Source of the DNA: a virus | Taxonomy: Duplodnaviria > Caudoviricetes | Direction: 5' to 3' (one strand) | DNA: 46,903 bases | IMG/VR virus record: IMGVR_UViG_3300022666_000083 | Location: 1-46,903 of that record | Part shown: positions 45,139-46,903 of the stretch, piece by piece | Numbering within the stretch: the stretch's first letter is position 1 | Layout: every line of letters starts with the position of its first letter | Program-made: the position numbers and the translations under genes | The notes under the pieces: model-generated | What the model was told of the DNA's origin: nothing | The model's input: the letters and a program-made list of their open reading frames with translations, nothing else | Databases searched by the model: none

Positions 45139-45849
45139 ATGGACTGTTATCTTGCGGATGGACACTTTCCTCAGTTAACAAGGGAAGAGGAGCTGAAATG
45201 GGTTCGGGTAATGAGACACTCCCCTAACCCAGGGCGTCGCAGGGAAGCGAAGGAAGTATTGATTCGCAGTTGTATTCCGCTCGTTCTTAATCAGGTATCC
45301 AAAGTGTCACCTCCTCATGGCGTGATAGACAACGATGACTTGATTCAAGTCGCCATGATAGGACTGATTCGATCGGTCGAATTGTTCCGGCCAGACGAGT
45401 ATGGTACTCGACTGACCACCTATGCAATACATTCACTTTGGAAACGAATGGTCCGGGAGAGAAATCAGTTCTCGTATGCTGTTGCGTTACCCCAGAACCT
45501 AAACAACATGAGTGGGGGGAATAGGGTGTTGGCAGAGAAGATAATGAATGCTGCTTATCTACCGATAAATCACAGGGTTGAATTGGATTGCGACAAGTTT
45601 ATGCAAATAGAGCTTGTTTCTCCCGAAGAAGACCAAAACGAACAGGATCAATTGGAGGAGTGGCGATTCTTGTACCAACGGGCTTTTGATAATCTTAATC
45701 CGACACAGCAGCAGGTAATGCGTATGAGGGAAGCGGGATACACTTTGGAGTCTATCGGAGTTACGATCGGAAAGACAAGAGAACGTGTCCGTCAAATCAT
45801 TGATAAGTCCATCGAAATAATCAGAGAGGTGTCTCATGCGACAGCTTGA
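45139..45849 (+). CDS. sigma-70 family RNA polymerase sigma factor
   Basis: LTREEE (region 1.2), DDLIQVAMIGLIRSVELF...RLTTYA (region 2) and YTLESIGVTIGKTRERVRQI (region 4 HTH). Confidence 0.9.
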   Translation: MDCYLADGHFPQLTREEELKWVRVMRHSPNPGRRREAKEVLIRSCIPLVLNQVSKVSPPHGVIDNDDLIQVAMIGLIRSVELFRPDEYGTRLTTYAIHSLWKRMVRERNQFSYAVALPQNLNNMSGGNRVLAEKIMNAAYLPINHRVELDCDKFMQIELVSPEEDQNEQDQLEEWRFLYQRAFDNLNPTQQQVMRMREAGYTLESIGVTIGKTRERVRQIIDKSIEIIREVSHATA

Positions 45850-46477
45850 TTTGGATGCTAGCAACGCAGTGTTTACGAGGGGTTGGTTTAGAACTCGTAA
45901 TCTCGCGACGTTTCGTGAGTTTATCTATCCAGAGTTTGCTGGTAAGCCCATCAAGTATCTCGAGCTTGGGGTGTTTGAGGGGATGTCGATGCTGTGGATG
46001 ATGCAGCGGGTGCTTACTCACCCGGACAGCCGGGCGATTGGGATCGATCCCTGGCTTTGCACTGAGAAGATCAACGAGAACGAAATGACGGCTGTAATGA
46101 TGAGGGCTTTTCATAACGTAGGGTTAGATCGTGCCGATTTGGCTACGGTGAGATGTAACCTCATTCGTGGCAATAGTGCCGAGCTCTTAAGAAAGGCTGC
46201 TAATCGAGGAGGGATTGATTGGCTAAAGAAGGGGACCGTCGATCTCAGCATGGTCGATGGTAATCACAACGCCTTGGCTGTTTGGGACGATGCCCGGTAT
46301 GTCTACAAACTACTGAAGCCGGGTGGGCTGATGTTATTCGACGACGTTGAGAATGATCTTCCAAAAAAAGATCATGTGAAGGAAGGTGTTGGCCTTTGGC
46401 TGGCCGAGGCTGGCGACACTGTCAAGCTCGAGTGGAAGCATAAGTATATGGAAGCATATCGAAAGGTAGGACAATGA
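45836..46477 (+). CDS. class I SAM methyltransferase (Methyltransf_24-like)
   Basis: YLELGVFEGMS, GIDPW, VDGNH and LLKPGGLMLFDD. Confidence 0.8.
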   Translation: MRQLDLDASNAVFTRGWFRTRNLATFREFIYPEFAGKPIKYLELGVFEGMSMLWMMQRVLTHPDSRAIGIDPWLCTEKINENEMTAVMMRAFHNVGLDRADLATVRCNLIRGNSAELLRKAANRGGIDWLKKGTVDLSMVDGNHNALAVWDDARYVYKLLKPGGLMLFDDVENDLPKKDHVKEGVGLWLAEAGDTVKLEWKHKYMEAYRKVGQ

Positions 46478-46903
46478 GAACCAACCGCTCCCGTGGATTG
46501 ATAAAGTTGATCAAGGACAATGTTCAGAAGCCAATTCTCTGTGGGATGGAGATAGGAGTAGCGGCGGGCGACACTTCTGTCGAGCTGCTGAAAGCCTTCC
46601 CCGACATGATTTTGACTTGTGTTGACATTTGGGATATCTCCCGCTGGAACTACAGCATGGAGAAACTCAAGGTCACGCAGGAGGGGATGGACAAAATACG
46701 GGCACGATTCCTGGAGCAGACGGCGCCCTATGCTAACCGTGTCTATCTGTTGGAAATGACGAGTCAGCAAGCAGCCAGGTTTCTAAGTAATGAAATGGTA
46801 GTTTATGATTTTATCTTTCACGATGCTGATCATAGCTATCCAGCAGTCAGTGCTGATCTTCCAGCCTTCTGGGATTTGCTTCGGGACGGTGGATTATATG
46901 TGG
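46474..46903 (+). CDS. class I SAM methyltransferase (Methyltransf_24-like), 3'-truncated
   Basis: Translated by hand: MEIGVAAGDTS, CVDIW, YDFIFHDADHSY and LLRDGG; runs off the window end. Confidence 0.75.
   Translation, partial: MRTNRSRGLIKLIKDNVQKPILCGMEIGVAAGDTSVELLKAFPDMILTCVDIWDISRWNYSMEKLKVTQEGMDKIRARFLEQTAPYANRVYLLEMTSQQAARFLSNEMVVYDFIFHDADHSYPAVSADLPAFWDLLRDGGLYV

Noticed and set aside
1-46903. Alternative genetic code (stop-codon reassignment)
   Set aside because: Core genes are full length under the standard code, and TAA, TAG and TGA all end genes at sensible boundaries.
1-46903. tRNA, rRNA, integrase or tail sheath genes
   Set aside because: None were recognised by eye; short RNA genes cannot be excluded without tRNAscan or Infernal.

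Overview
The window is the packaging, virion-morphogenesis and late region of a tailed dsDNA phage with an HK97-type head and probably a non-contractile tail. Essentially every real gene is on the + strand. Recognisable parts are: terminase large subunit, papain-like C1 peptidase, a GC-rich island with a putative glycan hydrolase and two beta-helix proteins, head-tail adaptor and closure proteins, portal, MuF head-morphogenesis polyprotein, prohead protease, major capsid protein, neck/terminator/tube, a tail chaperone with a -1 frameshift, tape measure, tail-tip proteins, a sigma-70-like factor and a glycan-modification cluster (glycosyltransferase-, sulfotransferase-, methyltransferase- and cupin-like). 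Three things stand out. (1) A shared N-terminal leader (LxRIxxxLxxLxK) plus the tag K|GGPGSGNFGHxGRPG is attached to four scattered genes (an unknown protein, an ADP-ribosyltransferase, MuF and a topoisomerase IB), and the tag also separates GNAT, HD and zincin modules inside MuF. This suggests a capsid-targeting, protease-released effector delivery system. (2) Four late proteins carry poly-serine, mucin-like tracts and are encoded with a glycosylation cluster, which suggests a glycan-shielded virion. (3) A bipartite motif TCACTATAGG-N17-GGTATATT occurs twice and is a candidate promoter for the phage sigma factor; one copy is followed by an attenuator-like terminator. All family calls come from motif recognition by eye; no searches were run. 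The host is unknown, and Planctomycetota is only a guess.
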